Source of the DNA: Nemertoderma westbladi
Taxonomy: Eukaryota > Animalia > Xenacoelomorpha
Direction: 5' to 3'
Assembly (NCBI GenBank): GCA_032718475.1
Contig: JAUCBJ010007990.1
Coordinates: 1 to 45,684, forward strand
DNA: 45,684 nucleotides
Shown here: piece by piece, positions 11,172 through 24,023 of the stretch
Layout: each line of letters opens with the position of its first letter
Position numbering within the stretch: position 1 is the first letter of the stretch
The notes under the pieces: generated by a model
Databases searched by the model: none
What the model was told of the DNA's origin: nothing
Seen by the model: the letters and a program-made list of their open reading frames with translations, nothing else
Made by a program: the position numbers and the translations under genes

Positions 11172-13463
11172 ATGGATGACACCATCCGTGGGGATTCTGG
11201 CAATACGGAACCGGCAATCAACGATACCCAAGACGGGCGCAGTCGAGCATCCTCCCCCACTGGTAGCGCTAAAACCACGGCGAGTTCGGCGGCACGACTT
11301 GCCAAACATGGAGCTCGGATGATCGGCTTCCGAGTTCAAGCCGAATGGGAACGGATCCATAAGGAACAGTTGAGGGCAATAAAGGAACGAGGATGGATAC
11401 ATCAGGAACAGGAACGTAAACTGGAAGAATTGAGGATCTCCGAGGAACGTAAACTGGAAGAATTGAGGATCTCCGATGAACGCGGGCTGGAAAAACTGAT
11501 ACGAGAGGCTGCTGAGGTGGAATTCGAAGCGCGACTCTGGGAGGAAGAAGCTAAGGAGGACTGCGAGGAAGGACTCTCGGGCAGGCTTCGGGAGTTCGAC
11601 GGTGAGTTGGATCCAGGAACTGAGGATGCCAGACCGTGTCACGGTGGCGCGGTCAGGGGTGAAGGGACGGACGGACCTGAACCATTCGGGTTCACCGTCT
11701 CGCCTCAGGGAAACACGGAATGGTACGGAACAGATAACTCGGGTGTCACACAGGTACAGGCGGTCATGGGGTCGGAGAGTGTACCGGTACGTACACAACG
11801 CGGCCCCCAGCCAATGGCTTCATCCTCCCCAAGGCCGGAACCGAAATCGGAGGAAGAAGGACGCGAGATTCAGGGCGCGGCACAACGTCAGGGTGGCGTT
11901 GTCGCAACCCCGGTCGTAATGGACTATGGTCGGGGTGCGGTGCAATGTCAGGGTGGCATTGCACAAGTCCCGGTCGTAACGGGCCATGGCTGGGATGCGG
12001 CACGGCGCCACGGTGGTGTTGTGGAAATCCCGGCTGTGTCGGACGACAACAACCTTCGGGCGGATAGGAAACCCTTGGGTTTATTCGGGAACTCTCGGAC
12101 TGTGACAGAGGTTAAGCCGAGGGATGTGGGGGCCGCCTACAACCTTCCGCCTATAAAACCTTCGGCTCGATCAATGGACGACGGGGCACCAGAGGATTAC
12201 GGGCGACTAGACGCCCATGCACAACCCTTTATCCCCAGGGATCGGACTCCCCATTCTTCCGCGGATCCCTTGGTAGGGTCGTTCGATTCGTGAATTGACG
12301 AACTCATCCCCGGAATGGAAACTGTAGTTCGGGGTGGCGAAGGAGCACAGAGTCTGGAGGTGGCGCTAATGCGACTCGGGGACGAACGGGGCGCCCTGGA
12401 GGTGCGGCTGCTGCGGTTCGACGGGAACCCGATTCAGTGGCCGCAGTTCATCGAGCGGTTTTACGAGCTCGTACACCGTCGTGTACATTATACGGATGCT
12501 CGTCGCCTCGCGCTGCTTCAAGGGCAACTCGACGGGATGGCCAAGGATACCGTTGCAGGGTACGGTTGCAGCGGTGGAGCTTACGCCCAGGTGCTCCAGA
12601 CTCTTAAATGGCAGTTCGCGCACCCGTCACTCGTCTCCCGGGTCTTTATAAACTCTATCGCGGAGGGGAAACAGATCCCCGCGCGGGACAAGGTGGCATT
12701 GAGACAGTTCCATACGAATATAACTCTGTGTATTTATACACTACGGGCCATGGGTAATCTAGCGGACATATACTCTGTGGAAACGCTGCGGCGGGTCTAT
12801 ATGCGGCTGCCCGATCACCTGCAATGGAAGTGGCAGCAGCATTGCGTAAATATCAGAGAGGGTTCCGGTCGCGGAACACCGGAAGACCCATCGCTGATAC
12901 ACCTGGAGACATGGTTGGGTCGCTGTGTGCGAGCGCTGTTCGAGCCAACCACGACAGACTTAAGCGAGTTTACCAACTACAGCTCCGGGATCGGGAAGCC
13001 ACAGTTTGTAAAGCCGAGAGAAGAAACCTTGGCTAAATGCGCGGTAGCGCTTGTCTCTGGGGACGTGAGGAAGGGGACGAGATCGGAGAACCTGAACTCG
13101 GTTAGCCATTCGGTATCCTGCCGCTCTATGGACTGTTGCGTCCTCTGTCAGGGGGATCACACAACGAGAAACTGTGAGAACTTTAAGGGTGTAACGACGA
13201 AGCAACAAATGGATAAAGTCCACGTACTCGAACTCTGTTTTAAGTGTTTGGAAGCGGGCCATCGGGGCGGCGATTGCCCGAAGCCGGTACCGTGCGACGC
13301 AGGGGGTTGCGAACGGCGGCATCATCCCCTCTTACACATGGCCTTCAACGAACTAAACTCGAGGATCGGCGGTGGGACAATGGGAATCGGGAAAGAGAGA
13401 TCCAGTTACTCGGCGGCTACGGCGGATTGCGACGTGGTATCGGACGACCACGCGACGGGGTAG
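11172..13463 (+). pseudogene. gag: BEL/Pao gag with a premature stop
   Basis: ORFs 11172-12293 and 12315-13463 are in one frame, split by TGA in FDS*IDEL (probably TGG). Contains DUF1759-like RFDGNPIQWPQF and three Cys/His knuckles (CVLCQGDHTTRNC, CFKCLEAGHRGGDC, CDAGGCERRHHPLLH). Confidence 0.93.
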
Positions 13464-16257
13464 GAGGAGGACGGCGGCGTTCTCCTCCCTATTGTACCGT
13501 GCCGGCTTTATGGGAAAGGAGGGACGATGGTAGAGGGCGTCGTCATGCTGGATCCGTGTAGCGAACTGACTTTGATTGTCGACGAGGTCGCGAATAAACT
13601 CAGGTTGGGGGGTGAACGGCGCACATTAACGATAGGGAATGTCGAACGGGATGGGCCGCAACGGGAGGCGCGGAAGGTGGCTTTCGGTATTGGGCCGCGG
13701 GATGGGAGCCACAAGGCTGTGGAAGTGGGCGAGGCGTGGACTATCTCCGTTATAAATGTACCGAGGCGCCATATGTCATGCGATAACCTCACAACATCGT
13801 ATCCTCATCTCGTCGGTATACCAATACCGACAGATGTGGATTACTCGCGGGTTATAGCACTCATTGGCGCCAACGTACCTGAGATAGTCTGCCCCTTAGA
13901 GGTAAAACGGGGGGACCCGGGGCAGCCTTATGCACTACGGACTCTGTGCGGCTGGACGGTATGGGGGCCGGTGGGCGCTGGTAGAGGGTCGAGGGTTACA
14001 CGGAAACATTGCGGGGTGACGGGGAAGGCGGGCGATGGGGAATTGGATAAACAGCTTGAGGAGTTTTGGACCACGGAGGGCTTTGGGACGAAGTTTAATG
14101 AGGATCGGCCGACTTCGCACGAGGACCATACGGCGATGAAAATGATGGAAGCCTCCAAGAAAAGGTTACCTAGCGGTCGCTTTATGGTCGGGATGCCGTG
14201 GAAGGAATCGAGACTGAAACTCACAGACAATCGAGCCACAGCGCGTTCGCAACTCTTGTCGTTGGAAAGGAAATTCTCTAAAAACTCTCTGTTCGAAAAA
14301 CTCTATCGGGAAATGTTGGGCTCGTATATTACGGACGGATATGCGCGCCGCACCACGAAGGAACGCTGCCAACCACCACCGGGGGGTAGCGCTTAACGAT
14401 AAGCTTTACTCGGGACCGGACTTGTTAAACACCTTGGCGGGAGTTCTCATGCGATTCCGGCAAAACAAAATCGCATTCGCCGCCGATATTAAAGCGATGT
14501 ACCACCAAATTCGTGTACCGGAACGGGATCAACGCTCACTGCGGTTTCTCTGGCGCCATAGCGTTACCGAACCGATACTCACTTATCAGATGACGGTTCA
14601 GGTATTCGGCGTTATCTGCTCCCAGGCGTGCGCGTGTTACGCGTTGAGGTCTGCCGTCCTGGATGACCCGTGCCCCCCAGACATACGGCGCGCTGTCCTG
14701 GAATCCTTTTATTCGGACGACCTATTGGGATCGACAGCCGAGACCGCACAGGCCATTGCGTTAGTGAGCGGGCTACGGGAACGACTCAAGGATTATGGGA
14801 TGCACCTCGTAAAGTGGGCCAGTAGTTCGCGGGAACTACTCGGGACCGTACCGTCAGAGGAGCGGGCAACGCCAACCATCGACTTGGCCGGGGATGACTT
14901 ACCAACGGATCGAGCGCTTGGGATTAGTTGGGATATGGAAGCGGATGTGATTAGATTCGACTTCGCGGGAGTTAGCGAGGAAGGTTCGAAACGGGAAATT
15001 CTGTCCACAATAAGTTCTATTTTCGATCCACTAGGATTCCTCGTTCCCGTAATATTCGTTGCTAAATGTATCATGCAGAAACTCTGGGCGTTAAAGATGG
15101 ATTGGGACAAACCTGTACCGAATGAGGTTCTCGAGATATGGCTGGGATGGAAAGACCATGCGAAAAATCTGTCGGGCCTGCGAATTCCCCGATGGTACGA
15201 AACGGGACTCTCAGGGTTAGCGGTGGGCCGGGAGATCCACGTTTTCTGCGACGCATCCGAAGAAGGCTTCGCGTGTGTGGCGTATGTTCGTTCGGAACTC
15301 AGCGACAAGTCGGCGCGATGCTCCTTCATTGCGGGGAAGAGCAGGTTGGCGCCAATGAAACGACTGTCCATACCTCGACTGGAACTCCAGGCGGCGGTGC
15401 TGGGGATCCGCTTAGCTGAGACTTTAAGGGGAGAGCTAAGGATGGTAATTTCCCGAACTGTCTATTGGTCTGATTCCACAACGGTGCTGCGGTGGATAGG
15501 AAATCCTTCTAGGCGTTTCCACACCTTCGTCGGGAATCGGGTTGCCAAAATCATGGATTCGTCGGAACGAACGGATTGGCAGCATGTACCGGGGGATCTT
15601 AATCCGGCGGATGACGGGACAAGGGGACTCGCAGCTGCGGAGCTAGTTGAGTCGAGCCGATGGTTCCAAGGACCGCCATTCTTACGAACCGAACCACGGA
15701 ATTGGCCCGCGTCGCCAATTATTAAGGAGGACGATACAGATCCCGAGATCAAACTTTGTGGGGCCTCGTTTCGCTCGTCCGGTCGGGCGGGGGCGGTTAT
15801 TGACTTACGGCGGTATTCTCGCTATCGCCAGGCGCTGAGGAGGGTTGCGTGGGTGATGCGGTTCATCCACAACATCAAACAGGAGGACCGATCGACTCGA
15901 CATTCCGGACCCCTCTCAGTCGACGAACTAGAGGACGCGAAGATCGGAATGATAAAGGGTGATCAATCCGAATTATTCGCAGAAGAGGTTGAGCGAATCC
16001 ACGCGGGGAAGGAGATTCATCGAAACAGTCCCCTAAGTAAACTCCAACCGTGGTTATCGGGGAACGGGCTTCTGCGAGTCGGAGGTCGATTACATAACGC
16101 GGATATAAGCAAGGAAGCGAAACACCCAGTCGTCCTTGCGCACGGCAGTCCTTTGGCGAGACTGTTGATCTGGGAGGCGCACGAACGGTTGGGACATAGC
16201 GGGGTCGAGGCGGTGCTGGCGGAAATACGCGAAGCCTACTGGATAACGCGGGGGTGA
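13464..16257 (+). pseudogene. pol: BEL/Pao pol: aspartic protease, reverse transcriptase, RNase H and integrase Zn-binding start
   Basis: In frame after the TAG: VLLPIVP...MLDPCSELTLI (protease). A frameshifting deletion at ~14381-14386 removes the WYLPHH...KLRVVFD-type block. Then FAADIKAMYHQI and FYSDDLL (RT); HVFCDASE, LELQAA, YWSDS and NPADDGTRG (RNase H); H-x4-H of the integrase. Confidence 0.93.
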
Positions 16258-17337
16258 GCCACGATAAAGGGAGTCTTGCGTGGTTGTTATCCATGCCGAT
16301 GTCGGCTGTTACGTCAGCCGGCGACCCCTTTAATGGCCCCACTGCCTAAGGAGAGGGTCGACTCGAACGCACCTGCTTTCTATTATACGGCGGTCGACTA
16401 CTTCGGACCGATCGATGTCACCCAGGGCCGGTCGACTGTGAAGCGCTACGGGGCGCTGTTCACGTGTCTCGTCACCCGAGCGGTCCATCTCGAGGTAGCT
16501 TTCGGCCTTACGACGGATACATTCCTCATGGCGCTACACCGATTCATGGCGAGACGTGGGAAACCCGGGGTTATATATTCTGACAACGGTACAAACTTTC
16601 AAGGGGCGGATAACGAACTAAAGCGATGCATACGGGAAATGGAGGAGGGTGAGGAAGGACTGGCCGCGAGAATGGTAGAGTATGAGGTTAAGTGGAAATT
16701 CATCGGGCCGTTGAGTCCTCATTTCGGCGGGGTGTGGGAGAGGCTCGTTCGTTCGGTAAAGGATATCATGGTGACGGTCCTAGGATCTCAGCGGATACAT
16801 GATGACACGTTGGCCACCGTATTCGCTGAAATAGAGGCGATATTAAATAATCGCCCTCTCACCCCTGCGAGCGATAGCGTTGACGACTGTACGGCGTTGA
16901 CCCCGGCGCACTTTCTGATGGGGCGACGGTACACCCAGAAGTGTCCCGGCGTGTTCACGCACTCGGATACAATAGGCAGGGTCAGGTGGCGGCAGGCCCA
17001 AGCGTTAGCGGAGACGTTTAAAAGGCGATGGGTTAAAGAATATCTCCCGACGCTCACCGTGCGGAATAAGTGGAACTGTGATACCCCTAACCTCAGCAAC
17101 GGGGATTTGGTAGTAGTCCTCTCCGCAGGGAAGCTAAAGGATACTTATGAACTGGGGCGGATCGTAGAGACACATCCTAGCGCAGACGGGCGAGTAAGGA
17201 CGGTAACTGTACGCACCCCGAGTGGCATATATAAGTGGCCGGTCGCCATAATCGCTTTACTGGAAGCGTGCGCAGTTTGGGAACCGAACAATTGTCCAAC
17301 CGAACAGACTGTTAAGACGAACGGCCGCCCAAAGTAG
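16258..17337 (+). pseudogene. Integrase core, separated from pol by a frameshift at ~16251-16257
   Basis: CYPC, AVDYFGP, CLVTRAVHLE, YSDNGTNF, GGVWERLV, LNNRPLT and a DUF5641-like C-terminus. The ORF runs into the 3' LTR. Confidence 0.93.
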
Positions 17338-18317
17338 ACTCCACGGGGAAATTAGTTTTTTAGCCTGATGTTTATACTATTTATTTAATGCGTGATTTGC
17401 TTTGTGTCCTATCTGTTTGGTGTACTATTTTTAGCTTGCAATTTATCCTATGTAATCTATGCAGTGTATTATTTCGGCATATAATTTATTTATGTCTTTA
17501 ATTATTTATTTAGTGTATTATTTTTCGGCGTACAATCTATAATGTTGATCTATTTGCTGGGTGATTATTTTCGGCTTAGGGCTTGTTCTGTATTGATTTT
17601 GTTGGTGGGCGTACTTGTATATTGGCTGTGGCGACATCTATTTGGTTATGATTTTTATTGGTGGGCCGCGAGTTGATTATTGGGTTTATTTTTAGCTCGG
17701 TTATTATTGGTATGTACCTTTATACCTCGCCTGGGGCGGGCTCGGGTATTGCTTGGGGTGGGCGTACTTAGCTGCTATATTGGATATGTAAACACGATTG
17801 GCTTCTGTAAAGTTGTAGGATAATATGTGGCCATTATTGCTTTTGTAAGTTTTGATTGGAGGATTCCGTTCGGGAGAGGGGGGGGGGGTGTATTCAAGGC
17901 TTGGCTTTGTGACATTATTGCTTTGAATGTTGTAGCTAATAATAGCCTATGTTAGGATGGTTGAAGTTTGTGTTACTCTATTGTTGCAAGGGTCAAACTG
18001 ATTATAGCAAATTAAACTGATTATTATTGAAATTAAATAAAAATTAAACCTCTACACTGAACGTATTTAACTATTTTTCTTTATGTTTTCGTCATGGTGA
18101 AAACGAATCACGGGCTCGCCGATCTCTAGATCTAGGAAGGTAACCACCCGGACAACCCCCCCCCCCCCCCTACCCCTCTCGTATAGGCATACTCTTTAAA
18201 AAAGGGCAAGCACATACCAGGCTACCGCACTCCCCACACACTCCACGAACCTTATAGGGAATCGAAGGCAACCACACGCTGGCCTGGTAGATAGTCTGCA
18301 AACACCCCCTTTTTACA
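17310..18317 (+). repeat. 3' LTR (1008 bp) with an internal deletion
   Basis: Matches the 5' LTR except that 10623-10859 is replaced by 17 bp (18009-18025). Confidence 0.97.
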
Positions 18318-18349
18318 ATTTTTTTACAATGTAATTCGCGGACACTGTG

Positions 18350-18752
18350 GGGTGACTACAAAACAAAGACCCAATTATAAAGACCTGCATAATCTTGTTA
18401 CATGTGTAACTTTCGTTAATTGTTTTGAATCCTCCGTCACGCCTCTGTAACTTGCTCCTTTACTAACCTACTCCTTTAAATAGTAATGGTACATAACGCT
18501 CATTGTGACCTGTACAAAACAAAGAGGTAAAGTCGCGTTACGTCCCAAAGAGCGTTAGGTTCCAAAGAGCTTTAGGTCCCATTGCCAGAGAGCGTGTGTT
18601 CACATTGCCATTTAAAGGAGCAGGTTAGTAAAGAAGCAGGTTAAAGAGGCGTGTTGGGGAACCAAAACAATAAACGAAAGTTAACACATGTGTTTTGTAT
18701 TTGTACAGGTCTTTATTATTTGGGTCGTTGGTCTTTGTTTTCTAGTCACCCG
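18350..18752. mobile_element. Old palindromic MITE with ~150-bp diverged arms
   Basis: GGGTGACTACAAAACAAAGACC...CTCCTTTAAA is mirrored by TTTAAAGGAG...GGTCTTTGTTTTCTAGTCACCC. Related AAAGGA(G/A)CAGGTTA...AACAATAAAC segments occur at ~25975 and ~34630. Confidence 0.7.
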
Positions 18753-21700
18753 ACACTGCGGTGTTGCGTGGGGGCCACCAATCCACCCACCCACACTCAA
18801 CTCCCAACTTCCTGGACACTAGGATACTGAGTGAAAGCGTCTGAAACTACTACAGGAACTCCATGACAGACTATGGGCTAGCGACTATAGGGACTGGCGC
18901 CCTTGAATATGTAAACTGTAGTACCTTCTGTACCACCTACCTTAAAGTGACCTGTGGGACCAGCCCATTATTAGTGAGGTCGGCATTTCTCTTTATCCTG
19001 CCGCTCTCTTTGTATTACAATAGCATACAGCTAACCAATGGCAATGGTCTACCCCCAGTGCGGGAAAGACAAGCTAGCTACCATTTAAATGAATAGGGGA
19101 AGGATAATATGGTGTGTTCGTGTTCCCATCCTAATGTCTGTCCTGTCGTCTTGGCTCAGCTAAGCTTAAACAGAGCCACAGCCTACAATAGAGCTTTACC
19201 TAGATACACTTCCAGTTAGCCAAGCAGTAGTGGCGGGTTAGCTCCAAAATGCCAAAAAGGACCAAATGGTTGAGTTACACGAGTTACACGTTCGTGGGGC
19301 CTTCGCGCAGCACGAGGCCCAGTTATGAGATACAAATTAAAATTGTGCGACTGTATCACAAAATCAGGTTATGAGAGATTAACCCACACCACCAATTAAT
19401 CAAAGAAATGGGGACAGTACGTGTTCACCCCTTTTAATCTGCACCCCCCCCCCCCCCCCCATCCCCCCAATACATAACCGCGACATCTACCACCCACGGA
19501 AGGGTAGCACGAACTTATTTCCAAACGCACGTTCAATATGCAAAGCCAGGTGGTTTATAGGAATATAATCAATGCAGTACCCGTCTTCATTATGAGCCTC
19601 TTTGCGTTCGACCTGTTTTGTATTAAAATATGTTTATTAAACGCAGGCTGACGCTCTTTATAATAATAATACCTATGTAGGGATGCCAGCTTCCAGACTT
19701 TCAATCTTGCAAACCCCGCAGAGGAAGTTTTGGTTTGAGAGATCAAGCCCATCGGCAATTGGTGTTTCAATTTCGGTCCAGGAACTCTGACAATGGGAGC
19801 ATTCAATCTTCAGATCTTAGCTGTGGTCCATTCCCGTGGTTTCGGCTTCCTTTTCTTCGTCCCAATGACAGATTCTTCTGAAGACGTTCGATTCGCTTTC
19901 AGTTTATTGTTGGCGTTTGTGTTTTGAAGTTGTATTCGAGTGGACAGTCGCGCCGGTTTCGAGGTAACCATACCGACCTGTGATAAGCGTTGGTTTTGTT
20001 GAGTGCCGGTATTCATCTTCTCTCACCTCTTCAATGTCAGATGTTGCAAATACTGATAACACGAATAACGGTATATATTTCAATACTTGTCAATAGTAAT
20101 ATATATAATTTAGAAACTATTTTATATCTGTACTGTTGAGCAAACTCTACATAAATTCCAACCTGTGTATCGCCGGTAGTGCTGTTGCTGTGCAAGTGTT
20201 GACGTGCTAGTTGCCACCGGTCACGCGGTCAGCCGGTACCGGTAGTAGGGTGGTACCTACGGTGCGCACTACAACAGCAGTACAGCAATACGGTGTACCG
20301 TGCCAATGACTGAATGATTAGCGGTAACTATCTAAACTATTACCAATTACTGTATTATATTATTATTACCGGTGCCGGTACTGGGCTAATTAGGCCTAAA
20401 CTATAATCACCGCAAGGGTTGGCGGGGCCATGTTTAATTAGATTACATGATATGGCATGTCTGCAGTGTATGGTACCGGCTGACCAGTATTGCAGTATTG
20501 ACTGATTGCAGGATTCTCGATTCAGGGAATGAGTACAGCCTGACAGTACCGGTACACATGGTACGTCAGAAACCCAGCTGATATATCCTACAGTAATAAT
20601 AATTTAACGCATTTTAAATTTGGATAAATAAATTTATTATAACTGCAATAACAGTTACACTGATGCTGCACGAAGGCCCCACGCAAATTCTACTTGGAAA
20701 ATTTTCAAACTTTTGTCAAACAACATGTGTACCAAGTTTGGATAGATTTCATCAAGGATTGGCCGAGTTATTAACGTTTAAAATAAAATACTGAAAAAAA
20801 ACGCGACAGAACGACAGGTTGATTAATGGTACCACTACGCTAAGGCTCACTCACTTCGTGGCTCGCCCCACAGAGAAACAGTATTCATGATTAGATTTTG
20901 CTTTGAACAGGAGAAACTGATGGAATATCAGATGGAATAAGGTCATCTAATTAATTGTTTAAAGATTAGCAAACAATACAGTGTAATTGAATTGATGAAA
21001 TCCATAAATACAACGTGGATACAAAATGTAAAATCGGGATGCAAAATATAAATTTCTGAGCTAAGAAAGGGAAATTGGATACTGTACAACTTGTCTGGAT
21101 ACAAGCAAGCGGTCCGTTTACCTTACAAAATGAAAAATAAACGTGCGAAATATAAAACAATAGTGTCCTACTCGAACGGAACGGAACTGTCCGGGGGGGG
21201 GGGGGGGGTTGGGGAGGGAATGTCCGGAAATCGAAGCCTTTTTCTATCTGCCAACATCCTGGGCTTTACTTACACTCAGCCTCTATTCACTGGCTGTGAT
21301 TGACAAGCCAACTTGCCTCAGAAGTTCCTTTCATGAATGCCGCAATTTATATTTGGCCATTTTGGTCGTTTTGGCCGCCAAAATGACCAAGTTAATGTTT
21401 ATTGGGATTGGGACTGTATGTGTAGGCGTATGTCACATCGCTCAATGTATTGTATAGATACGTGGATACGTACGCAAATACGTATGGATACGTACGACAT
21501 ACGTGGAAAAGTTTAACCCGACATTGTGTACCTTAACCTGTTTCTATTTACTCAGAAATGGGTTAATTAGAAAAACGACGAACATGAAAACGGTAAAATT
21601 GTTTGTAAATTGGGTTATCTTCATTCTACCGGTGAAGTGGTTAAGCGAAAGCTGACAATACTGCATATAATTCAATTGTTTGGTCAAATAACAACTGCAA

Positions 21701-22109
21701 CCAATCATGGTATAGATAATTTAGTCTCCACCTTCCTGCCTTCCATTTTGAAGGGGTTAGCATATTAAATATATCCTTGCCATCTCGTGAACAAAGGCAA
21801 TATAAATACAGTAGCAATGGAGAATCGATAAGAACCATCGCCCTATTTCCTTTGTAAACTATTTTTGAACTCTAAACATTATTAACACATTTTACCGCCC
21901 GCAACGCATGAAGTGAAGAATATGCAGTGTTATCGTATGCCACTACATAGAGTATACAGGTATAGGATACATTACTGTTGAAAGCATTAAGGTTAAGGAA
22001 AGCATTAAGAAATAGGATGGGTTGTATATTGAACATGAACATACAGTATTGTCTTATTGTTAGTACTGAACCGCTTGGAATACGTAGGCCTACTAATGAT
22101 AAACGCGTA

Positions 22110-23022
22110 CACCATGTCCCAGAATATAGTGTCGTAATTCAGTGACACCCCCCCCCCCCCCCCCCCCCCCCTATTTTTTTTACAAATCGTAATGAGATTG
22201 CATGAAATTTGAAACAGAGATAGTTTCACCTCCCGACCACTGACTGGGTGAGCCAGGATTTTTATTTTTGCTTTCAATCTTTACCTACACGCGTTTAAAA
22301 AAAGTGCCTCCAGCGATATTGCACCAGTTACACCGCAGTTATTATTCAACCTTATAGTTATTTGTTGGTACTGATAAAAAGCTGACCGTACAAGGATTCC
22401 AAATATGTAAGACAATTTGAATTTCGTTGAAAAATAGGGGTGATATGGGCGTTCAAATTTTGCATGGTTTTGCACCGGCGCGAGGTTATTTTATTCTATT
22501 TAATAAATAAACCATATTCTGGAACATTTTTTAAATGTATGAATATAGCTAAGTAATAGTATGATTAAAGATGTAATGCATTGTTGCCCAGCTACGTATT
22601 TGGATAAACAAAATATTCCAGATTATGATGTATTTATTAAATAGAATAAAATAGCCTCGCGCAGGTGCATAACCATGCAACATTTGAACGCCCATATCTC
22701 CGCTATTTTTCAACAAAATTCAAATTGTGTTACATATTTAGAACCCTTGCAGGGTCAGCTTTTTATCAGTACCAACAAATCACTACAAGGTTGAAGAATA
22801 ACTGCGGTGTCACTGGTGTAATATCGCTGGAGACACTTTTTTTTAAACGCATGTAGCTAAAGATTGAAAGAAAAAATAAAAATTCTGGCTCACCCAGTCA
22901 GTGGTCGGGAGGTGAAACTATCTCTGTTTGAAATTTCATGCAATCTCATTACGATTTGTAAAAAAAATTAGGGGGGGGGGGGGGCGTGTCACTGAATTAC
23001 GACACTATTCTGGGACATGGTG
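22110..23022. mobile_element. Tc1/mariner-type non-autonomous element (MITE) with ~410-bp TIRs
   Basis: TA|CACCATGTCCCAGAA...TTCTGGGACATGGTG|TA. Arms 22110-~22525 and ~22613-23022 are reverse complements around a ~85-bp spacer. TA TSD. Confidence 0.93.
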
Positions 23023-23576
23023 TATAGGCATAGTTATCGGCCTACGCCACTACGCGTAGTTATACGTAGCACTACGCGTAGGTAGCGTAGTACCTACGCA
23101 TAGCACCTATGCGTAGTTAATGTTAAAATTCTGAAACTGGCGATATATGACTAGTTCAGTATGACACATACTTTAGTCCAGTAGTTCTAACAGTACGTTG
23201 ATGAAAACGGATAAATTCATATAACTAATTACTGAATTATACGTTATAGAATTACAGAATTAATTACTGGTAAGGTAACGCTGCTGCGCTGTAACGTTAG
23301 GGGTAGCGGTACCAGGCTGTCAGTGTCAGGTAGGCCTACTGCTGTACTGTCCTGTCCGTACTGCCGTAGCCAAATAGCTGTAAAGCTGTGGCCTGCCTAA
23401 ATTTGTCACTGTCATCTGATCTGCTGAGTGTCTGATGGTTGCTGGCTGATTGATCAATCCACATTCAGTCAGTCAAGTTTAGAGGTGGTGTTTTCTTTAT
23501 TGGATTGTTATTGGCCTCTACTCACTACCGGCAATAGCTGAATAGGGTTAGACTGTTAGATGTAGAATAGCCGATA

Positions 23577-24023
23577 ATGGAAACCCCCATTGCTGTCTCC
23601 CCGGGGGATCTCGAAGGGACTGTGGTACCGGCGAGCGGTAGCGTATTCGTACAACGGGATTACTCCGAAGGAACCGAAGTTCGTTTCGACGCAACATTCC
23701 CTCCAGAACTTAGTTCCCTTTTGGACGAGGATCTATTCATATCGATTGTTGGAACTATAAATCATCATTTCGATGAATGCGAACGAGCTCGCGCAAAGAT
23801 TTATCTCACAGGCTGTTTGTATTGTTTGGTGGGTTATTTGCCTTTACTCTGTATTAAAACTCAATACGAGATGTCCTTAGATCGTGTGGATTCCTATATT
23901 GAAACTTGTAATAAGAGGCATCTCATTCCAGGTGGGTTGGTTCTCATTAGTCCGAGGAAACGTGGCCTTAGAGTTCTAGAGTTCCAGATTACCAACACGG
24001 GAGCCTCACAAACACGATTATAA
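23577..24023 (+). CDS. GOLGA7: Golgin subfamily A member 7 / ERF4 family protein (accessory subunit of DHHC palmitoyltransferases)
   Basis: VFVQRDYSEGT...F...FPPEL, GCLYCL (palmitoylated CxxC of GCP16), TQYE...L and P..RGLRVLEF follow the GOLGA7/Erf4 pattern along the whole length. Single exon, ATAATGG start context, AATAAA at 24025-24030. Confidence 0.93.
   Translation: METPIAVSPGDLEGTVVPASGSVFVQRDYSEGTEVRFDATFPPELSSLLDEDLFISIVGTINHHFDECERARAKIYLTGCLYCLVGYLPLLCIKTQYEMSLDRVDSYIETCNKRHLIPGGLVLISPRKRGLRVLEFQITNTGASQTRL

Larger units (their letters stand above)
9925..18317 (+). mobile_element. Full-length BEL/Pao LTR retrotransposon, coding-defective
   Basis: TG...CA LTRs at 9925-11148 and 17310-18317, 5-bp TSD ATTTT (9920-9924 and 18318-18322), gag-PR-RT-RH-IN order with BEL-type motifs. 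Confidence 0.97.

Noticed and set aside
11001-17099. Numerous antisense and alternative-frame ORFs within the BEL element
   Set aside because: Expected in GC-rich coding DNA; no motifs.
19555-20016. Two in-frame minus-strand ORFs split by one TGA, with a possible splice donor near 19672
   Set aside because: No recognisable domain and all frames contain stops. Could be a UTR or pseudo-exon, but this cannot be supported.
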